Shown piece by piece: positions 21,837-32,291 of a stretch of DNA of 64,000 nucleotides. Where the stretch lies: positions 1-64,000 of the forward strand of contig CAVSDR010000005.1 in NCBI GenBank assembly GCA_963726745.1, given 5' to 3'. The translations under genes were made by a program, and so were the position numbers. The DNA is from an uncultured Verrucomicrobiae bacterium. GTDB lineage: Bacteria; Verrucomicrobiota; Verrucomicrobiia; Chthoniobacterales; UBA10450. A model generated the notes under the pieces. It did not search any database, was not told where the DNA came from, and saw only the letters and a program-made list of their open reading frames with translations. Each line of letters starts with the position of its first letter. Within the stretch, counting starts at the first letter, position 1.

Positions 21837-24089
21837 TTACCGCGCGTGGCGTGCGGCCACGATTTGTCCGAGGGCAATCCCGCCATCGTTCGGCGGGATG
21901 CGCTGGTGCCAGTAAGGGCGAAAATTTTCCGCGCGCAGGCGCGCGATCGTGCGCTCGGTGAGGTAGCGATTTTGGAAACAACCGCCGCTCAAGACGACCT
22001 TCGCCTCGCCGAGTTTCACGGCCACGGCGACGATTGATTCGGTGAGCATGTGATGAACCTTGGCGGCGATGATTCCGGGCGACACTTCATTGTCTAAATC
22101 GGCGAGGAGCGCGCGGATGGCTGGTTCCCAATCGACCTGGAGGGGAATTGTTTCCGTGAGGCGGAATGGGTAGGCGTCGGCGACGCCAGCTTGCAGGCTA
22201 AATTCCAACGCCATCGCGGCCTGGCCTTCGAAAGAAACGCGTGCCCGCAGGCCGAGAAGAGCCGCGACGGCATCGAAAAAGCGGCCCGCGCTCGAGGTGC
22301 GCGGAGCTTGCACGTTCTTCGCCAGCATTTGGCGCAGGAGCGGCAACTCGTTAGGCAAAAAGTCCCGCAGGAGCTGTGGCCGATCCCACAGGGCCTCGCC
22401 GAAGATCTCGTGCAGCAGACCGAGCGCGCAGCGGCGCGGTTCCCGGATGGCCTGCGTGCCGCCGGGCAGGCGGAAGGTCCGCAGATGCGCCACCCGCTCG
22501 CAGCCGCCGCCAGGGAGGGCGCGCAGGAATTCGCCGCCCCAGATGGTGCCGTCCAGCCCGTAGCCGGTCCCGTCCCAGGAAACCCCGAGCGCGGGCGGCG
22601 CGACTTCGTTCTCCGCCATGCAGGCGGCGATGTGGGCCCAGTGATGTGGCACCTGCACCTTGCGGCCCGGTAGCTCGAGCGCGTGCTGGGTCGAGAGATA
22701 TTCCGGGTGTAAATCGCAGGCAACAATCTCCGGCACGCACTCGTAAAGTCGCGGGAGGTCCGCGGCCGCGCGGACAAAAGCCGCATACGCCTCCGGCGTT
22801 TCGAGATCGCCAAGGTGCTGGCTCACGAAGGCATTCCGGCCCACGCCGAGCGCGACGCTGTTCTTTAAATGCGCGCCGAGTGCAAGGACGCTCGGCCCGT
22901 CCTCCGGCAAGGGAAGCGGCAGCGGCGCGTAGCCGCGCGCCCGGCGCAGGACGAGCTCGCGCCCCGCCATGGCCCGCACGATGGAGTCGTCCACGTGGCG
23001 GACGATCGGGCGATCGTGCACCAGGAAGAGGTCGGCTATTTTTGCGAGGCGCTGGAGCGCTTCCCGTTCGTCGATGCAGATGGGCTCGTCGCTTGAGTTT
23101 CCGCTGGTCGCGACCAAGGGGATGCCTAACGAGTGCAAGAGGAGATGATGCAGCGGACTAGTCGGCAGCATCAGGCCGAGGTTCGGGTTTCCCGGCGCAA
23201 GGGAAGGTGCGAGCGGGGCCGTTGCGCGCCGCGGGAGCAGGACGATCGGCGCCTCCGGCGAGAGCAGCATGCGTTCTTCCAAAGGGGAGAGCCGACAGAG
23301 CTGTCGCGCTGTTTCCAGTGATGGGACCATGAGGGCAAACGGCTTTTCCGCGCGCTGTTTCCGGCGGCGCAATTCCGCGACGCTCCCTTCGTTGGCCGCA
23401 TTGACCAAAAGCTGAAAGCCGCCGAGGCCCTTGAGCGCGAGAATCTTTCCCGCGCGCAACGCCTCGGCCGCGGCGCCGAGGGCGTCGTCTAATTTAGCCA
23501 GCACTTTGCCCTGCCGGTCCCAGAGGGCGAGCTGTGGGCCGCACCGCGGACAGGCATTGGGCTGCGCATGAAAGCGCCGGCTGTTGGGATCATGATATTC
23601 GTGGGCACACTCCGCGCACATGGTGAAGTGCTTCATCGAAGTCTGCGCGCGGTCGTAGGGGAGCGACTCGATGATGCTGAAGCGCGGGCCGCAGTTGGTG
23701 CAGTTGGTAAAGGGATAACGGAAGCGCCGATCGCCGGCGTCGAAGAGCTCCTGCCGGCAGTCGGCGCAAGTCGCGAGATCCGGCAAAATGAATGCGGTCT
23801 TCGCGCCCTGCGCTTCGCTTTCGCGAATCTCGAAGCTGGAATAGCCGACCGGATCAAGGAACGACGCCTCGACGCTTTGCAGGACGGCGCGCGGCGGCGG
23901 TTCGCCGCGCAGACGCGCGCTGAATGCGTCGAGCGCCGGCCGCAGGCCTTCGATTTCGAGATGAACGCCCTGGGCGGTGTTCACCACCCAGCCCGTGAGT
24001 GACAACTCGTTAGCCAGGCGGTAAACGAAAGGCCGAAAGCCAACCCCTTGCACCGCGCCCTGCACGACCATTCGCAGGCGCTCGGGCAT
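21837..24089 (-). CDS. hypF: carbamoyltransferase HypF
   Basis: VQGVGFRPFV, CTNCGPR, KGLGGF, HHWAH, DGTGYG, PPNDGGIALGQ. Confidence 0.97.
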   Translation of the reverse strand: MPERLRMVVQGAVQGVGFRPFVYRLANELSLTGWVVNTAQGVHLEIEGLRPALDAFSARLRGEPPPRAVLQSVEASFLDPVGYSSFEIRESEAQGAKTAFILPDLATCADCRQELFDAGDRRFRYPFTNCTNCGPRFSIIESLPYDRAQTSMKHFTMCAECAHEYHDPNSRRFHAQPNACPRCGPQLALWDRQGKVLAKLDDALGAAAEALRAGKILALKGLGGFQLLVNAANEGSVAELRRRKQRAEKPFALMVPSLETARQLCRLSPLEERMLLSPEAPIVLLPRRATAPLAPSLAPGNPNLGLMLPTSPLHHLLLHSLGIPLVATSGNSSDEPICIDEREALQRLAKIADLFLVHDRPIVRHVDDSIVRAMAGRELVLRRARGYAPLPLPLPEDGPSVLALGAHLKNSVALGVGRNAFVSQHLGDLETPEAYAAFVRAAADLPRLYECVPEIVACDLHPEYLSTQHALELPGRKVQVPHHWAHIAACMAENEVAPPALGVSWDGTGYGLDGTIWGGEFLRALPGGGCERVAHLRTFRLPGGTQAIREPRRCALGLLHEIFGEALWDRPQLLRDFLPNELPLLRQMLAKNVQAPRTSSAGRFFDAVAALLGLRARVSFEGQAAMALEFSLQAGVADAYPFRLTETIPLQVDWEPAIRALLADLDNEVSPGIIAAKVHHMLTESIVAVAVKLGEAKVVLSGGCFQNRYLTERTIARLRAENFRPYWHQRIPPNDGGIALGQIVAARHAR

Positions 24090-24094
24090 GGCGC

Positions 24095-24859
24095 TCAGTG
24101 CGTCAGCAACCCGTCGACGAAGCCGATTTGATAGGCCAGGAAAAAGCCGAAGCCGAGGCTCAAGGTCCCCGCGGCGGTGCCGAAGTGGCGTTCCAGGAAA
24201 TCGAAGCGCGAGCTGTAACTCAGCGGCACCGCGATCGTGGCCGTGATCAGGAGCATGCCGGCGATCGTGCCCACGCCGAAGACCGCGAGATAAGCCATGG
24301 CCCAGAACGGGCGCTGAATGATCGGCAACACGAGCAACGCGAGTGCGGCGGACCCGGCCAGCCCGTGGACGATCCCGATCAAGAGCGGACGCGCGGCCTG
24401 GTAGGCGCGCAGTCTGCCGAAGAGTCGATCGAGGCGCGCCGGAGGGACGGCATCGTCGCGGTGCCCGTGAGTGTCGGACCGATGACCGTGCGGGTGCGTG
24501 TGGACCCATTCGCCGTGGTGATGGACATGTTCGTGCGCGTGTTCCGCGGAGCCCGGGACCAAACGAAAGGCGGCGCGGAGATTGAGCGCGCCGAGGAGGA
24601 TGAGCATGAGGGCAACGCAAAATTCCAGGCTCAGGCCGAGGCGTTCCGGGATGACGAGCCCGAAGAAGATGATCGCGCTGCCGACGACGAGCAGGGTGAG
24701 GCTGTGGCCGAGGCCCCAGTAAACGCCGGTGAGCGCGGCGCGGGAGACGGAGCGCTGCCGGCTGACGATCGTAGTCACGGCGATGACGTGGTCGGAGTCA
24801 GTCGCGTGGCGCATGCCGAGGAAAAAACCAAGCAGCAAGATGGAAAAGAGGGTGATCAT
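24095..24859 (-). CDS. high-affinity nickel transporter (NiCoT/UreH-like)
   Basis: GMRHATDSDH, GLGHS, His-rich loop, HGLAGS. Confidence 0.9.
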   Translation of the reverse strand: MITLFSILLLGFFLGMRHATDSDHVIAVTTIVSRQRSVSRAALTGVYWGLGHSLTLLVVGSAIIFFGLVIPERLGLSLEFCVALMLILLGALNLRAAFRLVPGSAEHAHEHVHHHGEWVHTHPHGHRSDTHGHRDDAVPPARLDRLFGRLRAYQAARPLLIGIVHGLAGSAALALLVLPIIQRPFWAMAYLAVFGVGTIAGMLLITATIAVPLSYSSRFDFLERHFGTAAGTLSLGFGFFLAYQIGFVDGLLTH

Positions 24860-25245
24860 GCGGCGAAGGCGGTGGGCTCGGCGAGGCGGACGGATTTGAT
24901 CCCGCATTCCTGGCCGTCGGTGGCTTCGGCGGCCTTCCCGCAACTCGGACATTCGAGGGTCGCAACCGGAAGGCCGGAGAGCGCGCCGTCCCAATACTTC
25001 GGCCGGCCGCGATAGTGACAATGCGGACAGCGGACGAGCGCCTCGATTTTCTCGATCTCCAAGGTCGAACCTTCGAGCGGCGTATCGGTGGTGATCGCGC
25101 CGTAGCTAAAGCGGAGTTGTTCCTCCTCGATATGGGTCAGCTCGCCGATGGCCACGCGCACGGCCACGATTTTCCTGTCCGGATTTTGCTCGAGGAAATC
25201 CAACAGCTTATCGACCAGCCCGGACGCGATCGAAAGCTCATGCAT
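24856..25245 (-). CDS. hypA: nickel metallochaperone HypA
   Basis: MHELSIA, CPHC and CPSC. Confidence 0.95.
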   Translation of the reverse strand: MHELSIASGLVDKLLDFLEQNPDRKIVAVRVAIGELTHIEEEQLRFSYGAITTDTPLEGSTLEIEKIEALVRCPHCHYRGRPKYWDGALSGLPVATLECPSCGKAAEATDGQECGIKSVRLAEPTAFAA

Positions 25246-25257
25246 TGGCTTATTGCC

Positions 25258-25953
25258 TCAGATGGCGAGGATCGCTTTCTCCAGTTCGTCCAGGCCGGCG
25301 CCGGTCTTGGTGCTCGTGGCGATGACCTGGATGTCGGGCTTTAGTTTGTGGACGTCGTTTTTTAACTCGTCGACGCTCACTTCCATCGCGGCAGCGAGGT
25401 CGATCTTATTGATCACGACAATCTCGGCGCCGAGGAACATGTGCGGATGTTTTCGCACCATCCACGGGCCTTCAGTCACGCTCACGACCACGACGCGAGC
25501 CTTCGACCCGAGCGGGAATTCCGCGGGGCAGATGAGGTTCCCGATGTTCTCGATGAAGATCAGCTGTAACTGCTCGAGCTCGATCTTCTTCAGGCCTTTG
25601 CCGACGAGATTGGCGTCGAGATGGCAGCCGTTGATCGTCGCGATCTGCACTACCGGCACGTTCATCCGCGAGATCGCGTCGGCGTCGTTGCTGGTGGTGG
25701 CGTCGCCGTTGAAGACGGCCACACCCATCCGGTCTTTCAGGCGCTCGACCAGCTTCGTGATTGTGGTCGTCTTGCCAGAGCCGATCGCGCCCATGAAGTC
25801 GATCGCGGTGATGCCGTGCTGATCCAGCACCTCGCGGTTTTCCACCGCCAGTTTCTGGTTCGCCTCGAGCAGGCTGTGCTCCAGCTCGATGTCGTAAATT
25901 TCGTCGGGCGACGCTTCGATCGTCGCCGGTGCCGCGCCCTCGTTAGCCATCAT
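25258..25953 (-). CDS. hypB: nickel-insertion GTPase HypB
   Basis: GAIGSGKTT, GCHLDA, ENIGNLICP, NKIDL. Confidence 0.95.
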   Translation of the reverse strand: MMANEGAAPATIEASPDEIYDIELEHSLLEANQKLAVENREVLDQHGITAIDFMGAIGSGKTTTITKLVERLKDRMGVAVFNGDATTSNDADAISRMNVPVVQIATINGCHLDANLVGKGLKKIELEQLQLIFIENIGNLICPAEFPLGSKARVVVVSVTEGPWMVRKHPHMFLGAEIVVINKIDLAAAMEVSVDELKNDVHKLKPDIQVIATSTKTGAGLDELEKAILAI

Positions 25954-27766
25954 CTAGTGGGCCAGGCCGGCGAAGGCGGTGGGCGTGTGTTTCTGCCGCA
26001 GGACCTTGCCGTTGCCCATATACATATGGACGCCGCAGGGGAGACACGGATCGAAGCTGCGCACGGTGCGCATGATGTCGACGCCTTTGAAGTTATCCGG
26101 GCCATTCTCCTCGAAGATCGGACAACCCTGGACCGCATCTTCGTAAGGCCCGGGCGTGCCGTAGGTGTCGCGCGGGTTCGCGTTCCACGGCGTGGGTGGA
26201 TACGGGTGGTAATTCGCAATCTTGCCCCCGCGAATGACCATGTGGTGCGAGAGAACGCCGCGCACCGCTTCGTGGAAGCCGCAGCCGATCGCTTCGTCCG
26301 GCACTTTAAACGGAGTGAAAGTCGCTGTCCGGCCGGCGTGCACTTCGGCCATGGCTTTCTCGATGAAGTAATAGGCGCAGGCACACGCATAGGCCTGGAA
26401 GTAGGTGCGGGCGCGATCGCGTTCGATGGTGTTGGCCCATTTCGGCACCCGCCAGGTGAAGGTCGTGTCTGGTTTCGTCGCGGTCTTTGGCAGGCGAATG
26501 CTGATCGTGCCATCGCCGGGCGCTTTGACGTAACCGATGTCCACCATGCCCGCGAGAGCGGTCGCCCAGAGCCGCGCGAGCGGTCCGCCGCCGGTGTCGA
26601 GCGCGAGATGATCGCCGGTCCGCTGATCGAGCCAGCGCGGCGACATCACCCAGCTGTAGTTGTCGGCAAAGTTGCGCTTCTGCGGTTTCGGGAATCGTCG
26701 TTTGATTCCACGGATGCCGCTTGTCGATCGGATTGCCTAACGGGTCGTTCTTGACGAAGGTCTCGCCGCTGTCCGCCCAATCTTCGTAATACGAAGAGCC
26801 GAGGAGGATGCGGAGGTTGACGTTGATGTCGACCAAGTTGGTGGTGACCAACTTGCCGTCGACCACCACGCCGGGGGTGACGAACATCGCCTTGCCCCAT
26901 TTATCCATCGTCTTGTAGTCGTAATCGCAGACGTCCGGATCCTGGAAGGAACCCCAGCAGCCGAGCTGAACGCGGCGATTGCCGACTTCTTCATAACCGG
27001 GCAGCGCCTCGTAGAAGAAGTCGAAGAGATCGTCGTGCAGCGGCAGGCAGCGCTTCATGAACTCCGCGTAACGCGCCAGGCGCACCATGTAATCGGTAAA
27101 GACCTGGATCGACGGCACCGTGCCGACGCCGCCGGGATAAAGCGTGGAAGGATGGACGTGCCGTCCTTCCATCAGGCAGAACATCTCGCGCGTGTAACGG
27201 CTGACGATCAGCGTCTCGCGATAAAACTCACCCTCGAACGGATTGAGCGCATGCATGATGTCGCCAATCGTGCGGTAGCCGTGTTCCTTCGCGTGCGGCG
27301 CCTCCGTCTTCTGCGCTTTTTCCCAAACGCCGGGGTTGGTCTCCTTCACCATCATTTCGCAGAAATCGACCCCGACGAGGTTATCCTGAAAGATGTTGTG
27401 ATCGAACATGTACTCGGCCGCTTCGCCGAGGTTAACGATCCACTCCGCGAGCGCGGGCGGCTTTACTCCGTAGGCCATTTGCTGCGCATAACAGGAGCAG
27501 GTGGCATGGTTATCGCCGCAGATCCCGCAAATGCGGCTGGTGATGAAATGCGAATCCCGCGGATCTTTGTTCTGCATAAAGATCGAGTAGCCGCGGAAAA
27601 TAGACGACGTGCTGTAACACTCGACCACCTTCTTGGCGTCGAAATCGATCTTGGTATAAATCCCAAGGCTACCGACGATCCGCGTGACCGGATCCCACGA
27701 CATCTCGACCAGGTTTCCACCGGTCACCGACTTCATTGCTTCAGGAGCTGTTTGGACGTCAGGCAT
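25954..27766 (-). CDS. hhyL: [NiFe]-hydrogenase large subunit, group 1h-type (frameshift near 26690)
   Basis: WDPVTRIVGSLG, L1 SRICGICGDNH, L2 RSFDPCLPCGVH followed by a C-terminal extension. Confidence 0.93.
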
Positions 27767-27781
27767 AAGGGTTCTCCGGTT

Positions 27782-28853
27782 TTAGTTAAGGTGGCCGTTC
27801 GCGTAATGCTTGGGTTCGTAGCCGGTGGTGAGTTCGCCGCGCGGATGGCGCCACTTGGGTTCCTTGTTGACCGTGGTGTTGGTAATGCTGCGCAGCCCGC
27901 GCAGGATGCCGCCCCATAACCCGACGACCACGGTCGAGAGCGCGGAACCGGGAGGTGCGTCCATGAACGGCATGAACTTGTCCGGGAAGCCCGGCATGGT
28001 GCAGCCGATGCAAATGCCGCCGACGTTTGGGCAGCCGCCGACGCCGTCCATCCAGCCGCGTTTGGTCACGTTGCAGTTCACCACTGGCCCCCAGCACCCG
28101 ATCTTCACCAGGCACTTGGGCGAGCCGTATTCCTTCGCGAAATCGCGCCTGCTCATAATAGCCGGCACGATCGCAGCCTTCGTGCACTGTCTTGCCAAAG
28201 AGCCAGGTCGGGCGCAGTTGATCATCGAGCGGAATGATCGGGGCGAGGCCGGCGACCTGGTATAACAAGTAGAGCAGCGTCTCCATCATGTTATCTGGCT
28301 GCACCGGACAACCCGGCACATTCACGATCGGCAGGCCGGCTTTCGATTTCCAATCCCACCCGAGATAATCCGCGATGCCCATCGCGCCGGTCGGGTTCCC
28401 CTGCATCGCGTGAATGCCGCCATAGGTCGCGCAGGTGCCGGCGGCGATGATCGCCGTCGCGTGCGGGGCGAGGCGATCGATCCACTCGTTCGTCGTGATC
28501 GGCTGGCCGGTATCCGGGTCGGTGCCGAGGGCCGCCCAGTAGCCTTCGGTCTTGATCTTCTCGTTAGGCACGGAGCCTTCCATGACGAGGACGAACGGCT
28601 CCAGCTTCCCCGCGGCGGCATCGAACCACCACTTCATGAAGTCATCCCCGCACTCGTAAGCGAGCACTGGGTTGTGCAGGTGGACCTTGGGCAGGCCCGG
28701 AATAGAACCGAGCAGAACTTCCTCGATACTCGGAAGACTGGCGGCGGTGACTGAAACCGAATCTCCGTCGCAACTCAGGCCGGTGGTCATCCAGACCACA
28801 TGAATTTCTTTAATGTCCGGCTGACGATCCGCGATGATCTGGGGCGTTGCCAT
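27782..28853 (-). CDS. hhyS: [NiFe]-hydrogenase small subunit, group 1h-type, no Tat signal (frameshift near 28146)
   Basis: GLSCDGDS, GTCATYGG, PGCP, VHEGCDR, then CLVKIGCWGP, GGCPNVGGICIGC. Confidence 0.92.
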
Positions 28854-28859
28854 AGTGCA

Positions 28860-28868
28860 TCTCCTCCT
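28860..28868 (-). promoter_or_regulatory. Shine-Dalgarno site of hhyS
   Basis: AGGAGGAGA a few nt upstream of the ATG at 28853. Confidence 0.7.
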
Positions 28869-28972
28869 GCTTCGCGTTGGTGCCGTCTGCCCAGTCCTGC
28901 ACCTAACGCGCCTTAACTATCCAAGCTCAGTTCACATAAAGTAATTTCCGCAAAAGGTTCCGAAGAGCGGGA

Positions 28973-29092
28973 TCACATGCTCTTCAGTTTAAAGTAACGC
29001 ACCATCTCGGGAATCATCGCAATCACAGCGATGATCGCGAGAAGGAGAATAAGACCGCCAAGAATGATCCAGGCCCAGAGTGCGATGCTCAT
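28973..29092 (-). CDS. 39-aa single-TM small protein of hhy clusters (DUF6893-like), absent from the ORF track
   Basis: MSIALWAWIILGGLILLLAIIAVIAMIPEMVRYFKLKSM; ATG overlaps the protease stop (ATGA). Confidence 0.75.
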   Translation of the reverse strand: MSIALWAWIILGGLILLLAIIAVIAMIPEMVRYFKLKSM

Positions 29093-29649
29093 ATATTTTT
29101 CTGCTCCTGCTTGGGTGCTGCCGACGCGGTTCCAGCAAGGTGATCTGGAATCTTATCTGTCGAAATTTTCCGGCCGAGACGCAGATCATCGAGCAATCCT
29201 TCGATCATCTCCAGGGCCGCGGGAATAGCGCCGCGGACCGTAGCGCTCAAGCCAAGCTGGCCGCCGGTTTCGAGGATGGCCGGCTCACAACCAATGACCA
29301 GCAGTTGCCGCGGTGCGCCGCCGAAGGATCGCACCATTTGCAGAACACGGACCGGGTTCATGCTATGACCATTAACGACCTCCCCGACCCCGTCGTCCAG
29401 CATATTCCTATCTGGCTCGATCAAGTAAAGCGTCCCGGGCGCGCCGCCGCGGCTGGAGGCGTCGACGAGAATAATCGCATCGTAATCCTCCATCATCGCG
29501 TAGGCCAGGTCGTAGCTACGGATGCCGAAGTCGCGGACTTCCACCCCTTCCGGCAGCCTTCGTTGCATCAACTCCCGCGCGACCTCCGAACCGAAGGCGT
29601 CGTCGCCGAAGAAGATGTTGCCTATCCCGCCAACCAGGATGCGTTTCAT
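29089..29649 (-). CDS. hydrogenase maturation endopeptidase
   Basis: GIGNIFFGDDAFG, VDA, GHSM, IGCEP. Confidence 0.93.
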   Translation of the reverse strand: MKRILVGGIGNIFFGDDAFGSEVARELMQRRLPEGVEVRDFGIRSYDLAYAMMEDYDAIILVDASSRGGAPGTLYLIEPDRNMLDDGVGEVVNGHSMNPVRVLQMVRSFGGAPRQLLVIGCEPAILETGGQLGLSATVRGAIPAALEMIEGLLDDLRLGRKISTDKIPDHLAGTASAAPKQEQKNI

Positions 29650-30929
29650 GCGCTCAGCGGTTCCACTTCATCCGCGCCGTAAAAAAAGCGGTGGCCGGGC
29701 TGCCGGGCCATTCCGAGCTCGCGGCCCGGATCGTCCTCCAGCACGAGCGCGAGCTGGACCATGTCGTCCACGTCCTCCTCGATCGCCTCAATGATGCCGA
29801 CCTTGCCCGCGAGCATCATGTCAAAGGCATCCGCGCGCCGCTTCGGCCGGATGCGCACGCGGTCGCCGGCTTTCAGTTCCACGCCCTGCACCGTCACCGC
29901 GACGCGCTTCGCGTGTGGATTGAAAAACGCCTCCGTCGCCGGGTCGACGCTTTTCATCACTCCGTGCATTTGCAAAAGATGATCGCCCGGCATCGCTTCC
30001 GTTCGCTCCAGGATGCGGCGCGCGTGTTCGTCGGTCGCGCGCATCTCCGCCTTTTCCTCCTCGGTCATCGTCTGGATGCGGAGAGTGAGGATTTCGTCAA
30101 TCTCGAGCCCGTCGTAGAGATCGCCCTGACTCTCCGGCGCGATCTTCGGGTAATCGTAAAGAATGATCGGCGACGAGAGCAACGTGTCGTGTTCGCCCTT
30201 CGTCTCCTCGCCCACCAGCACCGGCCAGGTGCAGATGTTTTGGCAATTCTTCGCCGCCTCCTCGTAGCCGCCCGGCGGATCAAGTAACGAGAAGCAGCGC
30301 CCGCCTTCCGCCCAAATAATCGTGTGCGCCGAGGCAAAGGTCCGCAGCACGATGCCGTCTTGATCTTCCAATTCTGCTTCCGGCACCGCGCTCTCGTTGC
30401 GAATCTGCACGGTCAACCGGCTAACGAGTGCATCCAGCGGCTCGACCGCGATCTCGATCCGCCCGCGGAGCGCCTCCTGGCGCCGGACCAGGAACGCCGT
30501 CTCGTCGAGCGCTTCCCGCGCTTCGTTTGCCGGAAATTCGAAGGCGTGAGAATGCCGGCAATTTTTCCCTAACGAGAACTCCGGGACCTGGACGGAGCGC
30601 TCCACCGCTTCCTGCCAGCTTTGGTAACGCATTCCGCCAAGGCGCACCTCGGACACGAGCTTTCCGCCGCTCACGACATCGCGCGCCATCGGATGCAGAA
30701 AGCGCACTTCGATGTGCATCCGCGCGTCCCTCGATTCATCGCGCACCAGGCACTGCGTCTGCATCAGACACGGCTCGCGGCCACCCTGCGCCGCCGCATA
30801 AGCCTGCGGATAAACCCGGCCAAAAGTGAAACGTTGCCGGTTCTTCTTCGAGGAGGCGCGGTAGGGATAAAGAATGTAGCCCTCGTAAAGCACCGCCTGC
30901 ACCACCTGCTCGACGATCTCGCGGTTCAT
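29646..30929 (-). CDS. conserved group 1h hydrogenase-cluster protein
   Basis: AVLYEGYILYPYR, LSSPIILYDYP, EIDEILTLR; C-terminal LKAGDRVRIRP...DDPG...FFY module. Confidence 0.8.
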   Translation of the reverse strand: MNREIVEQVVQAVLYEGYILYPYRASSKKNRQRFTFGRVYPQAYAAAQGGREPCLMQTQCLVRDESRDARMHIEVRFLHPMARDVVSGGKLVSEVRLGGMRYQSWQEAVERSVQVPEFSLGKNCRHSHAFEFPANEAREALDETAFLVRRQEALRGRIEIAVEPLDALVSRLTVQIRNESAVPEAELEDQDGIVLRTFASAHTIIWAEGGRCFSLLDPPGGYEEAAKNCQNICTWPVLVGEETKGEHDTLLSSPIILYDYPKIAPESQGDLYDGLEIDEILTLRIQTMTEEEKAEMRATDEHARRILERTEAMPGDHLLQMHGVMKSVDPATEAFFNPHAKRVAVTVQGVELKAGDRVRIRPKRRADAFDMMLAGKVGIIEAIEEDVDDMVQLALVLEDDPGRELGMARQPGHRFFYGADEVEPLSA

Positions 30930-31567
30930 GTCGCCGTCTTCGCCGCGAGCAATTGCTCGATCGCCTGCTCCCAGGAGGTCACTCCGGCGCCGCGCTTGAA
31001 TTCATACAGCCGCTCGAAGGTCGCGCGGTCCAGCGACAGCCAGGCGGTGTTCGGATAATGGTAATCCATCAACTCCCGCCAGCGCGCGATCGGCATCCGC
31101 CAGCTGCACTCGCTGTTCCAGGAAATCTGCTGCACCTGCAAACGACCGTCGTCCCCGGCGTAAAAGACCGTCCCGCTGAAGAGAAAAATCAGCGGCACCT
31201 CGCCTTCTTCGAGCGCATAGAAGAACTTCGTCGCGGCCACATTCAGGTCGAAGCTGCACGGCACCGAGAGCGTCGTTTCCATCTTGCCGGCAAAAGTTCC
31301 CACGGTCGTATTCGCCAGGGTCCAGAGCTTGTTCCGCAGCGTCTGCCCCCATTGCTCCGGCGGGCCGAAAAGCTCGAAGAGCTTCTCCTTTTCCGCGCCG
31401 TTGTAGGTGCGCTGCGGCGCCTGGATCTGGATTTGCGCCTGCAAGATCAGGCTCTGGATGGTCTCGTTAGGCGGCTGGTTGCGGATCGCGAGCTTGAAGT
31501 GCAGCAGCGGCACCAGGCCGCGATGCGCCGGCTCCACGCTCTCGATCTGGAAGGACAGGTCCGGCAT
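30926..31567 (-). CDS. hydrogenase-associated protein (DUF6084-like)
   Basis: LFGPPEQWGQTLR, VPCSFD, FLFSGTVF, YPNTAWL. Confidence 0.8.
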   Translation of the reverse strand: MPDLSFQIESVEPAHRGLVPLLHFKLAIRNQPPNETIQSLILQAQIQIQAPQRTYNGAEKEKLFELFGPPEQWGQTLRNKLWTLANTTVGTFAGKMETTLSVPCSFDLNVAATKFFYALEEGEVPLIFLFSGTVFYAGDDGRLQVQQISWNSECSWRMPIARWRELMDYHYPNTAWLSLDRATFERLYEFKRGAGVTSWEQAIEQLLAAKTAT

Positions 31568-31576
31568 CGGTGGCCC

Positions 31577-32197
31577 TCAGCGCGCGCGTTCCCGCAGCGC
31601 GGTAAAGAAGTCGTCTATTTTCCGCCAAACTTCCTCGCCCCCGGAAAGTCCGCGCCAGTGAATCCGAATCGTCCCGACGAGTTCAAAGCACTTGTCGATC
31701 GGCACCAGCCAGTGCTCCCGGCGGCCGTCTACGCGGTTGATCAAGAGCGCCTCCACATCCGCTTCGAGTGTCGCGAGCCCGGCATTTTGCCTAACGAGCG
31801 CTTCCCAGGCGGTCAACGGGAGGAGCGATTCGGTCGCGCCCGCCGGGCTCGGATAAAGCGCGACCATTTTTTCTCCGGGCGTATGGAAGAAAAAGAAAGC
31901 CAGCCCGATGGGCAGGGCGAGCGCTTCCCATTCCGCGTCGCTCATCTGGAATCCCGGGAGCGCGCGCGGATCGCGCGGAATGACCTTGTAGCGACCCTCG
32001 ACCACCGGGACGAACGTCATCGTGCAGGCGTCGCAGGCGCAGACGATTTTCCGCGTCGCCGTTTCCAGCAGGTGCCGGTGTTCCGGCGCGAGCTGGAGGT
32101 TGCAGAGCTCGCAGAATTCCCCGGCCGTCTCCGGCGGTGCCGCGGGCGTCACCGAGCCTTCGGCAAAACGGCGCAGCGCGGCGAGCGACGACGGCAT
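31577..32197 (-). CDS. hydrogenase-associated protein (DUF5947-like)
   Basis: CELC, HRHL, CACDAC, PIGLAFF, YPSPAGATES. Confidence 0.82.
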   Translation of the reverse strand: MPSSLAALRRFAEGSVTPAAPPETAGEFCELCNLQLAPEHRHLLETATRKIVCACDACTMTFVPVVEGRYKVIPRDPRALPGFQMSDAEWEALALPIGLAFFFFHTPGEKMVALYPSPAGATESLLPLTAWEALVRQNAGLATLEADVEALLINRVDGRREHWLVPIDKCFELVGTIRIHWRGLSGGEEVWRKIDDFFTALRERAR

Positions 32198-32291
32198 GGA
32201 TCGAGATTAGCCAGCCGGCTGGGAGTGAAAAGACCTTTGCGCGGGGCCCCGTCCCATCCCGCGGCTGGCTCCCGTGCGATTCCTTTGCGGG

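Noticed and set aside
25954..27766. [NiFeSe]-hydrogenase, given the adjacent sel genes
   Set aside because: The L2 motif reads DPCLPC with Cys codons and no in-frame UGA; the split is a frameshift.
26680..28150. Programmed frameshifting in the hydrogenase subunits
   Set aside because: No slippery heptamer or stimulatory structure evident; similar indels are scattered through unrelated genes.
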